In this document: positions 9,337-21,510 of the stretch, piece after piece
How the letters are laid out: every line of letters begins with the position of its first letter
Position numbering within the stretch: the stretch's first letter is position 1
From: Candidatus Nanopelagicales bacterium
GTDB lineage: Bacteria > Actinomycetota > Actinomycetes > S36-B12 > UBA5976
Reading direction: 5' to 3'
Length of the DNA: 62,153 bases
Assembly: GCA_049421205.1 (NCBI GenBank)
Contig: JBMSMQ010000003.1
Coordinates: 1 to 62,153 of the forward strand
Translations under genes and position numbers: made by a program
The notes under the pieces: model-generated
Database searches by the model: none
Told to the model about the DNA's origin: nothing
The model's input: the letters and a program-made list of their open reading frames with translations, nothing else

Positions 9337-11370
9337 TTAGTTCAAGCCGCGACGTTTGAGCAGATGAGAAAGATCTGCATCGCGACCCCGGAAATTTCGA
9401 AACATCTCCATCGAATCAATAGACCCACCGCGAGAAAGCAAGGTATCTGCAAAGTGTTGCCCGTTTTTGCGCGTGAGACCACCGTGCTCTTTAAACCATT
9501 CAACAGCATCAGCATCAAGTACTTCACTCCAGATGTAGCCGTAATATCCGGCTGAATATCCACCAGCGAAAATATGAGAGAAGTAGGTACTTCGATATCT
9601 CGTTGGAACTGGCGCGAAATCAAGTCCATATGAAGCTATCGCATCCTTTTCGAATTGCTCGACATCGTGAATTTCACTGTTTTCATCCAATAAATGAAAT
9701 GCTAAGTCAAGGACGCTAGCAGCAAGATAGCTTGTGGTTTTGTATCCTTCATTGAACGTTTCTGTAGTTTGTAATGTGTCGATCCACTCCTGTGGTAAAC
9801 GATCCCCAGTCTCATAATGACGAGCATATTCATCGACAACTTCTGGCCACATCATCCACATTTCATTCACCTGACTTGGAAACTCCACAAAGTCGCGTTC
9901 AACGCTCGTACCTGATACACGTGGGTAGGTAACGTTTGACAAGAGACCATGAAGTGCATGTCCAAATTCGTGGAAGAAGGTGGTTGTCTCATCAAGTGTG
10001 AGCAGCGTGACTGAACCTTCAGGCGGTTTAGGTATGTTGAGATTGTTTACAATCACAGGTGATTGATTCAAAAGCGCGTTTTGATCAACCAAACTGTTCA
10101 TCCAAGCGCCACCGCGTTTTGATGAACGGGCATAAAAATCAGCGATATAGAGACCAAGCGGTTCATCATCTTTGAAAACCTCAAAGACTTTAGCATCTGG
10201 GTGGTATGCAACAAGATCTTCTCGAGCACGAAAACTTAGACCATATAAATCGCCTGCTGCTTTAAAGATCCCTTTGTAGAGAACATTGTTGAGTTCAAAA
10301 TACGGTTTAAGAAGATTGACGTCCAAACTGTATTTATCGCGCCGCAGAATTTCTGTGTAATAGTCCCAGTCCCAACTCGCCAAATCAAATGATTCGGGTT
10401 CTGCATCAATGATCACCTGTAGTTCCGTAGCCTCCGCTTTTGCATTTCTCACTGCGGCTTTGGAAAGTTTTGAAAGCATTTCAACTACTCGATCTGGATG
10501 CTTTGCCGTTTGCCTTGAAAGCACATATTCAGCGTGCGATCCAAATCCAAAGAGTTTCGCCTTCATTGCTCTGAGTTTCGCCATCGAAACAAGTACGTCC
10601 CTAGTGTCATTGGAATTCCCTTGAAGTCCTTTTTTCAAGGACGCTTCCATGACTCGTTTTCTCGTCTCGCGATTTGAAAGACTTTGAAGAAATGGATGTC
10701 CAGAAAAATTCACCACAGGAATAACCCAGGCATGTTCAATCCCTTTATCAATAGCTGCCTGCTTACAGGCGGCTATTTGTGCATCACTGAGACCTGCAAG
10801 GAGTGAAACATCTTCTATGACGACTGCTAAATCATTTGAATCAGCAAGAACCCTTTGTGAAAACTGCGCCTGCAATGATGCAAGTTCTTGATTGAGTGTC
10901 TTAACGCTTTCCCGTTGCTCGTCACTGAGCAGTGCTCCTGCGTGAACAAAATCGTCGTAATACTTCTTCAAAACTTGCAATTCTTCTGCACCTAGACTCA
11001 GTGAATTTCGGTTATTCCAAAGAGTTTGAATACGTTGAAATAGTTTTTGATTCAGTTGTATCGAATCCCGATGAGCACTTAACTGAGGCGCTATTTTTGC
11101 TTGCAATGCTTCTAGTACCTCAGAGGTGTCACTTGATGTCTTGTTGAAAAATACGTGAGAAACACGAGACAAAATCTGACCTGAGCGTTCAAGTGCCACG
11201 ATGGTGTTTTCAAATGTGGGAGTTTCCGGATTATCGGTAATGAGAGCAACTTCTGCGAGCTGCTCTTTCATACCCTCTTCGAATGCGGGTTCGTAATCCG
11301 ATTCAGTGATTCGGGAAAAGTCTGGTAACTGGTAAGGAAGTGGGCTTGGAGAGAAAAAAGGGTTGTCCAT
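9337..11370 (-). CDS. dcp: M3-family metallopeptidase (peptidyl-dipeptidase Dcp-like)
   Basis: KRGGAWM, FHEFGHALH, DFVEFPSQVNE, HIFAGGYSAGYY. Confidence 0.93.
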   Translation of the reverse strand: MDNPFFSPSPLPYQLPDFSRITESDYEPAFEEGMKEQLAEVALITDNPETPTFENTIVALERSGQILSRVSHVFFNKTSSDTSEVLEALQAKIAPQLSAHRDSIQLNQKLFQRIQTLWNNRNSLSLGAEELQVLKKYYDDFVHAGALLSDEQRESVKTLNQELASLQAQFSQRVLADSNDLAVVIEDVSLLAGLSDAQIAACKQAAIDKGIEHAWVIPVVNFSGHPFLQSLSNRETRKRVMEASLKKGLQGNSNDTRDVLVSMAKLRAMKAKLFGFGSHAEYVLSRQTAKHPDRVVEMLSKLSKAAVRNAKAEATELQVIIDAEPESFDLASWDWDYYTEILRRDKYSLDVNLLKPYFELNNVLYKGIFKAAGDLYGLSFRAREDLVAYHPDAKVFEVFKDDEPLGLYIADFYARSSKRGGAWMNSLVDQNALLNQSPVIVNNLNIPKPPEGSVTLLTLDETTTFFHEFGHALHGLLSNVTYPRVSGTSVERDFVEFPSQVNEMWMMWPEVVDEYARHYETGDRLPQEWIDTLQTTETFNEGYKTTSYLAASVLDLAFHLLDENSEIHDVEQFEKDAIASYGLDFAPVPTRYRSTYFSHIFAGGYSAGYYGYIWSEVLDADAVEWFKEHGGLTRKNGQHFADTLLSRGGSIDSMEMFRNFRGRDADLSHLLKRRGLN

Positions 11371-11409
11371 ACCCCAAAAGTAGCCTATCGAGGCAACTAG
11401 ACTGCAGGT

Positions 11410-13059
11410 ATGACCTATCGATCACCAATATTTGAAATTGCAGATACCTACACAAGTGAAATTGTGAAATTCAGCCCCTTGGCTGCTACTGGCCTCGGAA
11501 TTGCCGGCTACGACCATCTACTTGATGACTTCAGTCTTGAACAGAGCAACAAAGTTGCCGAATACAAACGCTCAATTGTCAACAAACTTTCGGCTATGAA
11601 TCCCCTTGACGATATTGATCGTATCGCCAAAGAAGTGATGCTCGAGCGACTTGAATCTGAATTGAATTTACATGAATCTCACGAGTCACACATTCTCTTT
11701 GGTGTGCTTTGGTCAACCGTGAGCTCTGTCAGACAGATTTTTGAACTGATGCCACGAGAATCTGACGAGCACTTCAAAAATATTGAATTGCGCTTACGTG
11801 CAGTTGATCAAGCATTTGACTCTTGGAAATCCTGCCTATCTGATGTTGCCGATCGAGGAAAAGTTCCAGCAAAACGACAGGCCAAAGGCGTTAGTGAACA
11901 ACTAAAAGTTCACGGAAATGGAAATTACAGTGCCTTTGTTGAACGCATAGACCCCGACAATGCGCATCCAAGCCTCCGAAGTGCTGCCAAAGAAGCAGAG
12001 ACAGCATGCCTAAAACTAGCCGCATGGTTTGATGATATTTACATCAATCGATGTAATCCAAAAGATCCCGTCGGCAAAGATCGCTACCAACTCTGGGCTC
12101 GATATTTCACAGGAGCAAATCTCAATATTCTTGAGACATACGAATGGGGAGTGCAAGAACTCTCACGAATCAATGAGCGAATGAAAATTGTGGCAGCGAA
12201 AATTCTGCCAAACGCACAAAGCCTCAAGGAAGTCTCAGAGTATCTAGAACATGCAGATGGCTACGTGATTGAAGGTGAAGAGAATCTTGTAGTGAAGTTA
12301 AAGGATTTCACTGAAAAAGCAATCCAACGACTTGATGGAGAAATATTCGATATCGATGAGCGAATTCGTCAATGTGATGCACGAATCGCTCCCGCCGGAA
12401 GTGCGGCAGCTCCTTATTACATTGGACCAAGTGAAGATTTGAAACGTCCTGGTACCACGTGGTTTCCAACGTTGGGAAGAACGTCATTCAGTTTCTGGCA
12501 CATTGCATCTACGTGGTATCACGAAGCAGTTCCTGGACATCATTTGCAATTTGCAACTGTCATCATTAACACGGATCGTTTGAGTCGATTCCAGAGAAAC
12601 GATGGTTGGAACTCTGGATATGGTGAGGGTTGGGCACTCTACGCAGAACGACTCATGGATGAACTTGGCGCATTTGAAGACCCAGGATATGAACTTGGCT
12701 ATCTATCGGCCCAAGCACTTCGTGCCGCGCGCGTCGTGGTGGATATTGGTATGCATCTTGAACTTCCCAATTTTGATGGCGGGGTTTGGGACGCAGATTC
12801 AGCAGTCAAACTTCTACGAGAGCAAGCACTTCTGCAAGAAGACAATGCTGTGAGTGAAGTTGAACGGTATCTTGGATTACCTGGTCAAGCAATTTCCTAC
12901 AAAGTGGGGGAGCGCTATTGGCTAGAGGCTCGCGAAGCAGCCAAAGCACGGCTTGGTGAAAGTTTTGACCTCAAGACGTTTCACAGTTTCGCACTTGCAC
13001 TAGGACCTATGGCACTTGATTCCCTGAAAGCTGAAATTGGCTTGTGGAACGGACAATAA
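11410..13059 (+). CDS. DUF885 family protein (probable metallopeptidase)
   Basis: YHEAVPGHHLQ, EGWALYAE, PGQAISYKVG, FH motifs. Confidence 0.9.
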   Translation: MTYRSPIFEIADTYTSEIVKFSPLAATGLGIAGYDHLLDDFSLEQSNKVAEYKRSIVNKLSAMNPLDDIDRIAKEVMLERLESELNLHESHESHILFGVLWSTVSSVRQIFELMPRESDEHFKNIELRLRAVDQAFDSWKSCLSDVADRGKVPAKRQAKGVSEQLKVHGNGNYSAFVERIDPDNAHPSLRSAAKEAETACLKLAAWFDDIYINRCNPKDPVGKDRYQLWARYFTGANLNILETYEWGVQELSRINERMKIVAAKILPNAQSLKEVSEYLEHADGYVIEGEENLVVKLKDFTEKAIQRLDGEIFDIDERIRQCDARIAPAGSAAAPYYIGPSEDLKRPGTTWFPTLGRTSFSFWHIASTWYHEAVPGHHLQFATVIINTDRLSRFQRNDGWNSGYGEGWALYAERLMDELGAFEDPGYELGYLSAQALRAARVVVDIGMHLELPNFDGGVWDADSAVKLLREQALLQEDNAVSEVERYLGLPGQAISYKVGERYWLEAREAAKARLGESFDLKTFHSFALALGPMALDSLKAEIGLWNGQ

Positions 13060-14255
13060 CGCTTCAGAAAAAGTTCTTACGAATACTTGCAAGCGCACAA
13101 GTTCTTTTGGGCGTTGGCACTGCAAGCACTGTGGCTGCGGGTTCGCTCTTGATGTCGAAAGTTTCTGGATCTGAATCGCTTGCAGGACTTGCGCAAACGT
13201 TTTCAGTGATTGGTGCTGCAGTTTTAGCATTGCCGCTTGCACGAATGACGATGAAACGTGGACGCCGTCAAGCACTGACATTTGGCTACAGTTCAGGCGT
13301 CATCGGGGCATTACTTGCAGTGGCAGGTGGAGTTCTTCAGTTTTGGCCCATAATTTTGCTTGGAACTCTGTTCGTTGGAGGCGCCGCCGCTGCCGGATAT
13401 CAGGCACGTTTTGCTGCCACTGACCTCGCAGATGATTCACGAAAAGCACAGGACTTGTCGTTTGTGGTGTGGGGATCGACAATTGGTGCAGTTGCTGGAC
13501 CCAATTTGATGCAACCAATGAGCAAAGTGGCAGCGCAATTAGGAATTGAGCCGTTAGTTGGCCCCTATCTCCTAGCAAGTTGTATGTTCCTTTTAAGTGC
13601 AGTGATGGTGTGGTCACTTCTTCGACCAGATCCCTACCTACTTGCTCAAGAGTGTGCAGTTGCATCTCCAACATCTGTCACACTTTTGGAAACTTGGAAA
13701 CTACTTCAGAAAAATGCTCGGGCAATGTTTGCTATCGCCACTATTGCGATAGGTCACGTTGCGATGGTGTCAGTTATGGTGATGACCCCAGTTCATATGG
13801 CACATGTTGATGTTCAACTTAATGTTATTGGGTTAGTGATTTCAATCCATGTTCTTGGGATGTATGCGTTTTCTCCGTTGATTGGACGGCTGACGAAATC
13901 AACCTCTGCGCTCTTTACGGTGCAGCTTGGCGTTATCACATTGTTGGCATCGGCACTCATCAGTGGATTGGCTCAACCCACTTCAGTGACTGCACTTGGA
14001 GTAGGTCTCTTCTTGCTCGGTCTTGGTTGGTCGGCAACACTCATTGCAGGTTCTGCGCTCTTAGCATCGAGTGTCGAGATTTCTTTCAAAGCAGCGAGCC
14101 AAGGTGTTTCAGATCTAGCGATGAATACTGCTGGGGCCGTCGGGGGAGCACTGGCTGGCGTGATTATTGCGTATGGAAGTTATGCACTGTTATGCCTCAT
14201 CTCATCAATTCCAGTGGCAATACTCGGGCTTCGCTCTTTGTCCCTTGCCCGGTGA
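13044..14255 (+). CDS. MFS transporter
   Basis: About 12 hydrophobic segments; QARFAATDLA and HVLGMYAFSP. Confidence 0.88.
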   Translation: MERTITLQKKFLRILASAQVLLGVGTASTVAAGSLLMSKVSGSESLAGLAQTFSVIGAAVLALPLARMTMKRGRRQALTFGYSSGVIGALLAVAGGVLQFWPIILLGTLFVGGAAAAGYQARFAATDLADDSRKAQDLSFVVWGSTIGAVAGPNLMQPMSKVAAQLGIEPLVGPYLLASCMFLLSAVMVWSLLRPDPYLLAQECAVASPTSVTLLETWKLLQKNARAMFAIATIAIGHVAMVSVMVMTPVHMAHVDVQLNVIGLVISIHVLGMYAFSPLIGRLTKSTSALFTVQLGVITLLASALISGLAQPTSVTALGVGLFLLGLGWSATLIAGSALLASSVEISFKAASQGVSDLAMNTAGAVGGALAGVIIAYGSYALLCLISSIPVAILGLRSLSLAR

Positions 14256-14290
14256 GCAGTGTCTGATTTTCTGGCATAGATTTGTCTCCT

Positions 14291-15286
14291 ATGGACCTCA
14301 CAATCACATCGTGGCTTATTGTCATCGGACTTTTAGTCTTCCTCTTGCTCTTAGATTTTGTTACCGTAAGTCGTAAACCTCACGAGGTGATGTTCAAAGA
14401 GGCATCTCTCTGGTCAATCTTTTACATTGCAGTCGCAATCATTTTTGGTGGCTGGGTTTGGTTGCAATTCGGAAGTGATTATGGCACCGAATATTTCGCC
14501 GCCTATCTCGTTGAAAAGTCACTTTCTGTTGACAACATTTTCGTCTTTGCGATTATTTTGACGCAGTTTGCAGTGCCGGTGATTCACCATCAACGAGTAC
14601 TTCTCTTTGGTGTCATACTTGCGATTTTTATGCGCGCTGCATTTATTGCGGTAGGTGCGGTCGCGATAGCAAGTTTTTCGTTCACCTTTGTTCTCTTTGG
14701 TGCACTGTTAGTGTGGACGGGCGTAAAGTTGATGCAACACTGGGATGAGGATCCCGACCCAAGCGAAAATGGGCTCGTACGATTTGCAAAGCGTCGCTTT
14801 CGATTCTCAGATCACTATGACGGCTCAAAATCCTTCACCAAGATTGATGGTAAACGCTACGCAACTCCGATGCTGCTCGTCATGATTGCCATCGCGAGTA
14901 CCGACCTGCTCTTTGCACTTGACTCAATCCCAGCAACGTTTGGCGTCACCCAAGAACCGTTCCTCGTTTTCTCTGCGAATGCGTTTGCACTTTTGGGTTT
15001 ACGAGCACTCTATTTCTTATTGCAAGGGCTTCTCAATAAGTTGGTTTACCTCTCGCTTGGACTCGCGTTTATTCTTATCTTCATCGGTATCAAACTTATG
15101 TTGCTCTATGCCCATGAGGTCAATGATGTCTTTCCTAAGATCCAGACAAATGTGAGTTTGGCTGTTATTGCTCTCATTTTGGTTTCTTCAGCAGTGGCAA
15201 GCCTCATCAAGGTTCGAAAAGACCCTTCCGCTGTGGCTCACGCTGGTAGGACTTCCGACCCCAAGAAGGACGAACCTAAAGAGTAG
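14291..15286 (+). CDS. TerC/Alx family metal homeostasis membrane protein
   Basis: EKSLSVDNIFVF, TDLLFALDSIPA, NAFALLGLRALYF. Confidence 0.93.
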   Translation: MDLTITSWLIVIGLLVFLLLLDFVTVSRKPHEVMFKEASLWSIFYIAVAIIFGGWVWLQFGSDYGTEYFAAYLVEKSLSVDNIFVFAIILTQFAVPVIHHQRVLLFGVILAIFMRAAFIAVGAVAIASFSFTFVLFGALLVWTGVKLMQHWDEDPDPSENGLVRFAKRRFRFSDHYDGSKSFTKIDGKRYATPMLLVMIAIASTDLLFALDSIPATFGVTQEPFLVFSANAFALLGLRALYFLLQGLLNKLVYLSLGLAFILIFIGIKLMLLYAHEVNDVFPKIQTNVSLAVIALILVSSAVASLIKVRKDPSAVAHAGRTSDPKKDEPKE

Positions 15287-15315
15287 CCTTAGCCTCCTTC
15301 GACCAAGGAGGACTT

Positions 15316-16746
15316 ATGACACTCAACACTCCACATCGACTCCTCATCAATGGTGAATGGATTGAAACAAGTTCATCCTTTGATGTCTTGGATCCAGCAA
15401 CTGGAAATGTTTTAAGCCACGTATCTGCAGCCGAAGCAGCTGAAATTGATGCTGCTGTGACAGCCGCCCACAATGCGTTTAGTCCATGGGCTGATACAGC
15501 ACCTCGGGTACGGGCAGAAGTTCTTCGTAAAGCGTTTGAGATTATGACGGCGGAGATTGACGAATGTGCTCGGCTCATCTCGTTAGAAAATGGTAAGGCC
15601 CTGAAAGATGCCCTTGCTGAGGCTCGTTACGCTGCTGAATTCTTCCGATGGTTCTCAGAAGAAGCAGTGAGAACTCCAGGCGATTTCCGTAAAGCGCCAG
15701 CTGGCGACAAAATGATTATCACGGATCACAAACCCATTGGTGTCGCTTTGCTAATTACTCCTTGGAATTTCCCAGCAGCAATGGCGACACGCAAGTTTGG
15801 TCCAGCCCTGGCTGCCGGCTGCACAACAATCTTGAAACCTCCTGCAGAAACTCCATTAACAGCACTCTGGGTTGCAGATGTTCTGCAACGCGCAGGAGCG
15901 CCAGCAGGTGTGGTCAACGTGGTGTTGACGAAGTCGTCTGGTCCTGCAGTGTCTCAAATGCTCAATGACAAGCGTGTGAGTACTTTGTCGTTTACAGGGT
16001 CCACTTTCGTTGGCAAAATGTTGCTTGAACAAACCGCGAAACGAGCACTTCGTTCCTCAATGGAATTAGGCGGCAACGCACCATTCCTGGTTCTTGAAGG
16101 AAGTAACGTTGATGAAGCCGTCAAAGGTGCGATGATTGCAAAAATGCGAAATGGTGGAGCAGCCTGTACTGCCGCAAATCGATTCTATGTACATGAATCT
16201 CTGGTAAAGGAATTTTCGACAAAGTTTTCTAGTGCGCTGGCTTCCCTAAACGTCGGTCCTGGTGTTGAACCAACTACTGATTTAGGTGCGATGGTAAGTC
16301 AAAAAGAGGCAGACAAAATTCGTGAGCTCGTGGAAAAAGCCCGAAGTGAAGGTGGAAGTGTTCAGGAAACCACGTCAATCCCAGAAAAGGGAGCATTCGT
16401 TGCCCCGACGATTGTGACTGACATCGAACATGGCTCGATTCTTACTCAAGAAGAAGTATTTGGTCCCGTTGCTCCAATTGTGAGTGTCAGCAGTACCGAT
16501 GAAGCAGTCAGAATGGCAAATGACACTGACTACGGACTCATTTCATACGTGTATGCAAAAGATGTTGGCACAGCACTTTCGGTTGGCAGACGGATGGAGT
16601 CAGGAATGGTTGCAGTGAATAGAGGATTAGCCTCAGATCCTGCCGCTCCATTTGGTGGAATGAAAGAATCAGGGTTAGGCCGCGAAGGCGGTTTTCATGG
16701 CATACACGAATTTCTTGAACCTCAATATTTAGCGGTTGATCTCTAA
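15316..16746 (+). CDS. gabD: NAD(P)-dependent succinate-semialdehyde dehydrogenase
   Basis: ITPWNFP, SFTGST, MELGGNAPF, KMRNGGAAC, EEVFGP, PFGGMKESGLGREGG. Confidence 0.9.
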   Translation: MTLNTPHRLLINGEWIETSSSFDVLDPATGNVLSHVSAAEAAEIDAAVTAAHNAFSPWADTAPRVRAEVLRKAFEIMTAEIDECARLISLENGKALKDALAEARYAAEFFRWFSEEAVRTPGDFRKAPAGDKMIITDHKPIGVALLITPWNFPAAMATRKFGPALAAGCTTILKPPAETPLTALWVADVLQRAGAPAGVVNVVLTKSSGPAVSQMLNDKRVSTLSFTGSTFVGKMLLEQTAKRALRSSMELGGNAPFLVLEGSNVDEAVKGAMIAKMRNGGAACTAANRFYVHESLVKEFSTKFSSALASLNVGPGVEPTTDLGAMVSQKEADKIRELVEKARSEGGSVQETTSIPEKGAFVAPTIVTDIEHGSILTQEEVFGPVAPIVSVSSTDEAVRMANDTDYGLISYVYAKDVGTALSVGRRMESGMVAVNRGLASDPAAPFGGMKESGLGREGGFHGIHEFLEPQYLAVDL

Positions 16747-18582
<1,836 letters not shown>

Positions 18583-18586
<4 letters not shown>

Positions 18587-19080
18587 CGGTCTTGCTTCGC
18601 GTCCTTCGCGATACTCAGGGACTTCGCCTGCATGTCTTCAGGTAGTGCACCGAGAATCTTCTCGGAGATTGCACCGAGTAATTCGAGTTCTCGTTCGCTG
18701 AGAACATCAACGAGATTCTTTCGAACACTCTGCACGTGTATTGGCGCAAGTGCGACAAGGAGGGCATAACCTTTATCTGTCAGTTGAGCCCAGAGACCTC
18801 TCTTGTCTTGGGTGCAGGTGTACCGACTGACAAGACCTTGCTCTTCGAGTCTGTCTACCTGGTGCGTCAATCGGCTACGTGTCGCTAGGGTTAAACGCGC
18901 TAATTCGCTCATTCGGATAGATCTGGAATCTGCTTCTGATAATCGAACGAGGATTTCGTAATCTGATAGAGACAATCCGTGTTCTTTCAAGTCGTGCGAA
19001 AACACATCAGGTAAGAGTTGCATAACAGACAGAAACGAGCGCCAATGCTCCTGCTGTTGCTTCGTTAACCATTTCGCCAC
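18583..19080 (-). CDS. MarR-family regulator, RosR-like, with wing Cys
   Basis: WL...W N-terminus, SRLTHQVDRLE, CTQDKRG, APIHVQSVR. Confidence 0.88.
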
Positions 19081-19096
19081 AGCCCAATGCTAAAGG

Positions 19097-19837
19097 TTAT
19101 TTGCTTTCTAGGTTCCAAAGTCGAACTCCGCCGAGCAGTCCTGCCACGTTACTAACAATGCGAGCCTTCTTTGGAAGTTCCAGATCGCGAAGAAACTCCG
19201 CATTTCCACCACCAATATGGATTTGGTCAAAATACAAGAAACTATCAAACGCTTCAATCGCTTTGAGGACTCGTTTTGACCAACGTGCATTTCCTATTTG
19301 CTTTCGTGCAGCATTTCCCAATTGAATGTCAAAGGATTCTCGGTTTCGAAATCGTGCGTGTGATAACTCTAAGTGGGGAAGTAGATGCCCGTCATTAAAA
19401 AGAGCGGTCCCGACCCCGGTTCCTAGCGTCATGACAAATTCAAAACCTTGCCCCGTGACAACTGCTGCGCCTTGAACATCTGCATCGTTTGCAACAAGTG
19501 TTGGTACTGAGAAAATCTCTCTTGACGCCGTTTCAAGTGAGAATCCACGCCACTGATTCTGTAAGTTCTTATCAGTTTTTCCGCCATAGGTAGCACGGCT
19601 CAGTGCTGGGACATGTGACACAACACCATTTCGGACCAAACCGGGAAACCCGACTGTCACTTGGTGAAATGAATCAAATGTTGCGGCGATTTCTTTGAAT
19701 GTTTCAAGTAAGCGCTCCGGTGGACATGGATAAGGAGTGGAAATCTTGATGCGCTCAGAAAGTAATTCGCCCTTGGGACTGACAAGTGCCGCCTTGATTC
19801 CTGTTCCACCAACGTCGATACAAAGAGTCGAATTCAT
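19097..19837 (-). CDS. ppgK: ROK-family sugar kinase (polyphosphate glucokinase-like)
   Basis: [28 protein letters not shown]; next to map. Confidence 0.8.
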   Translation of the reverse strand: MNSTLCIDVGGTGIKAALVSPKGELLSERIKISTPYPCPPERLLETFKEIAATFDSFHQVTVGFPGLVRNGVVSHVPALSRATYGGKTDKNLQNQWRGFSLETASREIFSVPTLVANDADVQGAAVVTGQGFEFVMTLGTGVGTALFNDGHLLPHLELSHARFRNRESFDIQLGNAARKQIGNARWSKRVLKAIEAFDSFLYFDQIHIGGGNAEFLRDLELPKKARIVSNVAGLLGGVRLWNLESK

Positions 19838-20673
19838 AGGGTAAGTATCTCCGCATTCGAATCGGTGACGACGAGTGTGTGTTCAAATTGTGCTGAATGT
19901 TGATGGTCCCGCGTGACAACTGTCCACCCGTCATCCCACATATCCCACTCATAGGTGCCGAGGGTCAACATAGGTTCGATGGTAAAGGTCATTCCAGGTT
20001 GCATTACCTCCGCGAATTGATCCGAGTCAAAATGGGGAATGATGAGACCGCTATGAAACTCTGAGTGAATTCCGTGCCCAGTGAAGTCTCGAACCACGCC
20101 ATATCCAAATCGCTTTGCATAGGATTCAATGACTCTGCCAATCACATTGATCTCACGACCCGGTGCCACCGCGGCAATTGCTCGGTCAAGTGCAGTTTTC
20201 GTTCGCTCGAGCAAGAGGGAGAGTTCTTCAGAGATTTCGCCCACCCCATACGTGGCGTTGGTATCACCGTGAACCCCATTGATATACGCAGTGATATCAA
20301 TATTGACGATGTCACCCTCAGTCAGTTCGGTTGAATCAGGAATGCCATGGCAAATCACCTCATTTATTGATGTGCACAGGCTTTTGGGAAATCCTTTGTA
20401 ATCAAGGGTTGACGGATACGCACCGTTATCGCAAAGAAATTCGTGTCCAATCTCATCGAGTCGATCAGTCGTGATTCCCGGTCGGATCTGTGATGCAACT
20501 TCACGTAGCGCAGCGGCTGCGATCCGTCCAGCAATACGCATCTTTTCAATGACTTCAGTGCTTTGAACATGTGGAGTGGTTTCCAACTGTCGCTGTGGCT
20601 TTAGAACATATGGTGGTCTGACAATGTGCTCGGGAACTATGCGTTTAGGACTGATCACACCTTTTTTAATCAC
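19834..20673 (-). CDS. map: Methionine aminopeptidase type I
   Basis: [35 protein letters not shown]. Confidence 0.97.
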   Translation of the reverse strand: MIKKGVISPKRIVPEHIVRPPYVLKPQRQLETTPHVQSTEVIEKMRIAGRIAAAALREVASQIRPGITTDRLDEIGHEFLCDNGAYPSTLDYKGFPKSLCTSINEVICHGIPDSTELTEGDIVNIDITAYINGVHGDTNATYGVGEISEELSLLLERTKTALDRAIAAVAPGREINVIGRVIESYAKRFGYGVVRDFTGHGIHSEFHSGLIIPHFDSDQFAEVMQPGMTFTIEPMLTLGTYEWDMWDDGWTVVTRDHQHSAQFEHTLVVTDSNAEILTL

Positions 20674-20685
20674 GGGGGCATAATA

Positions 20686-20720
20686 GAAAAGACCCGCACC
20701 AAAGTGGCGCGGGTCTTTTC
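20686..20720. terminator. Intrinsic terminator downstream of the histone-like gene (potentially bidirectional)
   Basis: GAAAAGACCCGC (20686-20697) / GCGGGTCTTTTC (20709-20720). Confidence 0.85.
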
Positions 20721-20731
20721 AATCGAAGTAC

Positions 20732-21061
20732 TTATGCCTTCTTAGCAGCCTTACGGCGGGCTGGACGCTTTGCAGCTTTACGAACGGTCTTCTTTGCGAC
20801 CTTCTTTACGCCTGCTTTTTTAGCGACCTTGCGCTTCTTTGCTACCTTCTTTGGAGCAGCCTTCTTAGCGGTGCTCTTCTTAGCTACGCGCTTCTTAGCT
20901 ACCTTCTTAACTGCAGCTTTCTTAGCTACGCGCTTCTTAGCTACCTTCTTAACTGCAGCCTTCTTAGGTGCAGCCTTCTTAGCAACGCGCTTACGCGCTA
21001 CCTTCTTGACGCCAGCTTTCTTTGCTGGAGCCTTCTTAGCGGATTTCTTGGCAGCCGCCAC
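20732..21061 (-). CDS. Histone H1-like Lys/Ala-rich repeat protein (109 aa)
   Basis: GTG start after SD GGAGG; xxxKK pentapeptide repeats; no acidic or aromatic residues; strong terminator. Confidence 0.85.
   Translation of the reverse strand: MAAAKKSAKKAPAKKAGVKKVARKRVAKKAAPKKAAVKKVAKKRVAKKAAVKKVAKKRVAKKSTAKKAAPKKVAKKRKVAKKAGVKKVAKKTVRKAAKRPARRKAAKKA
20877..20959. repeat. Tandem repeat, 42-nt period, in the histone-like gene
   Basis: TTCTTAGCTACGCGCTTCTTAGCTACCTTCTTAACTGCAGC identical at 20877-20917 and 20919-20959 (AAVKKVAKKRVAKK twice). Confidence 0.9.
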
Positions 21062-21510
21062 TTTGCCTCCCTGAATCGTGATGCCAGCACTTAACTGGCA
21101 TCTAGTGGCTAACGCTTGCACATTTTTTGTGAATGTCAAAGTATTTTCGTGTCATTAGTAGCTATTTTTTGTTCTCTTGTGGTATCAGAACTTCTGTTGT
21201 TTATTCAAAATTACATTCTGAAAATTCAAAGTTAGTGAAAGATCGAAACAAATTTCAATCAAAATCGTTGAATATTTTGAAGTGCTTATTTACATTTCAA
21301 AATGTGGAATATTTGAGGTTTTACGCGATTTCGTGCGTAAAAATCTGTGGAAAACTCAGTAAAACGAATACTATGGAACAAATTCTTGAACGTGAAGTAG
21401 CTGTTCTGGCTACTTAGTGAAAAGAATGTAGAAATTGCTACTACCGAGTTTTTTAGTGGCGAAAATTACAAAAAACACCCGTCAAAAATTCTTAAAAAAT
21501 ATTTTGCGAC

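Noticed and set aside
14256-14290. yybP-ykoY Mn riboswitch before terC
   Set aside because: Only 35 bp are available and no aptamer motif is present.
20877-20959. Direct repeats as a CRISPR array
   Set aside because: Two in-frame tandem coding copies, no spacers and no cas genes.
20829-21074. 81-aa FLA-repeat ORF on the plus strand
   Set aside because: Mirror of the Lys/Ala repeat gene; the SD and start context support the minus strand.
21133-21417. 94-aa ORF in the AT-rich gap
   Set aside because: No SD or well-placed -10, atypical composition and no recognisable motif; not fully excluded.
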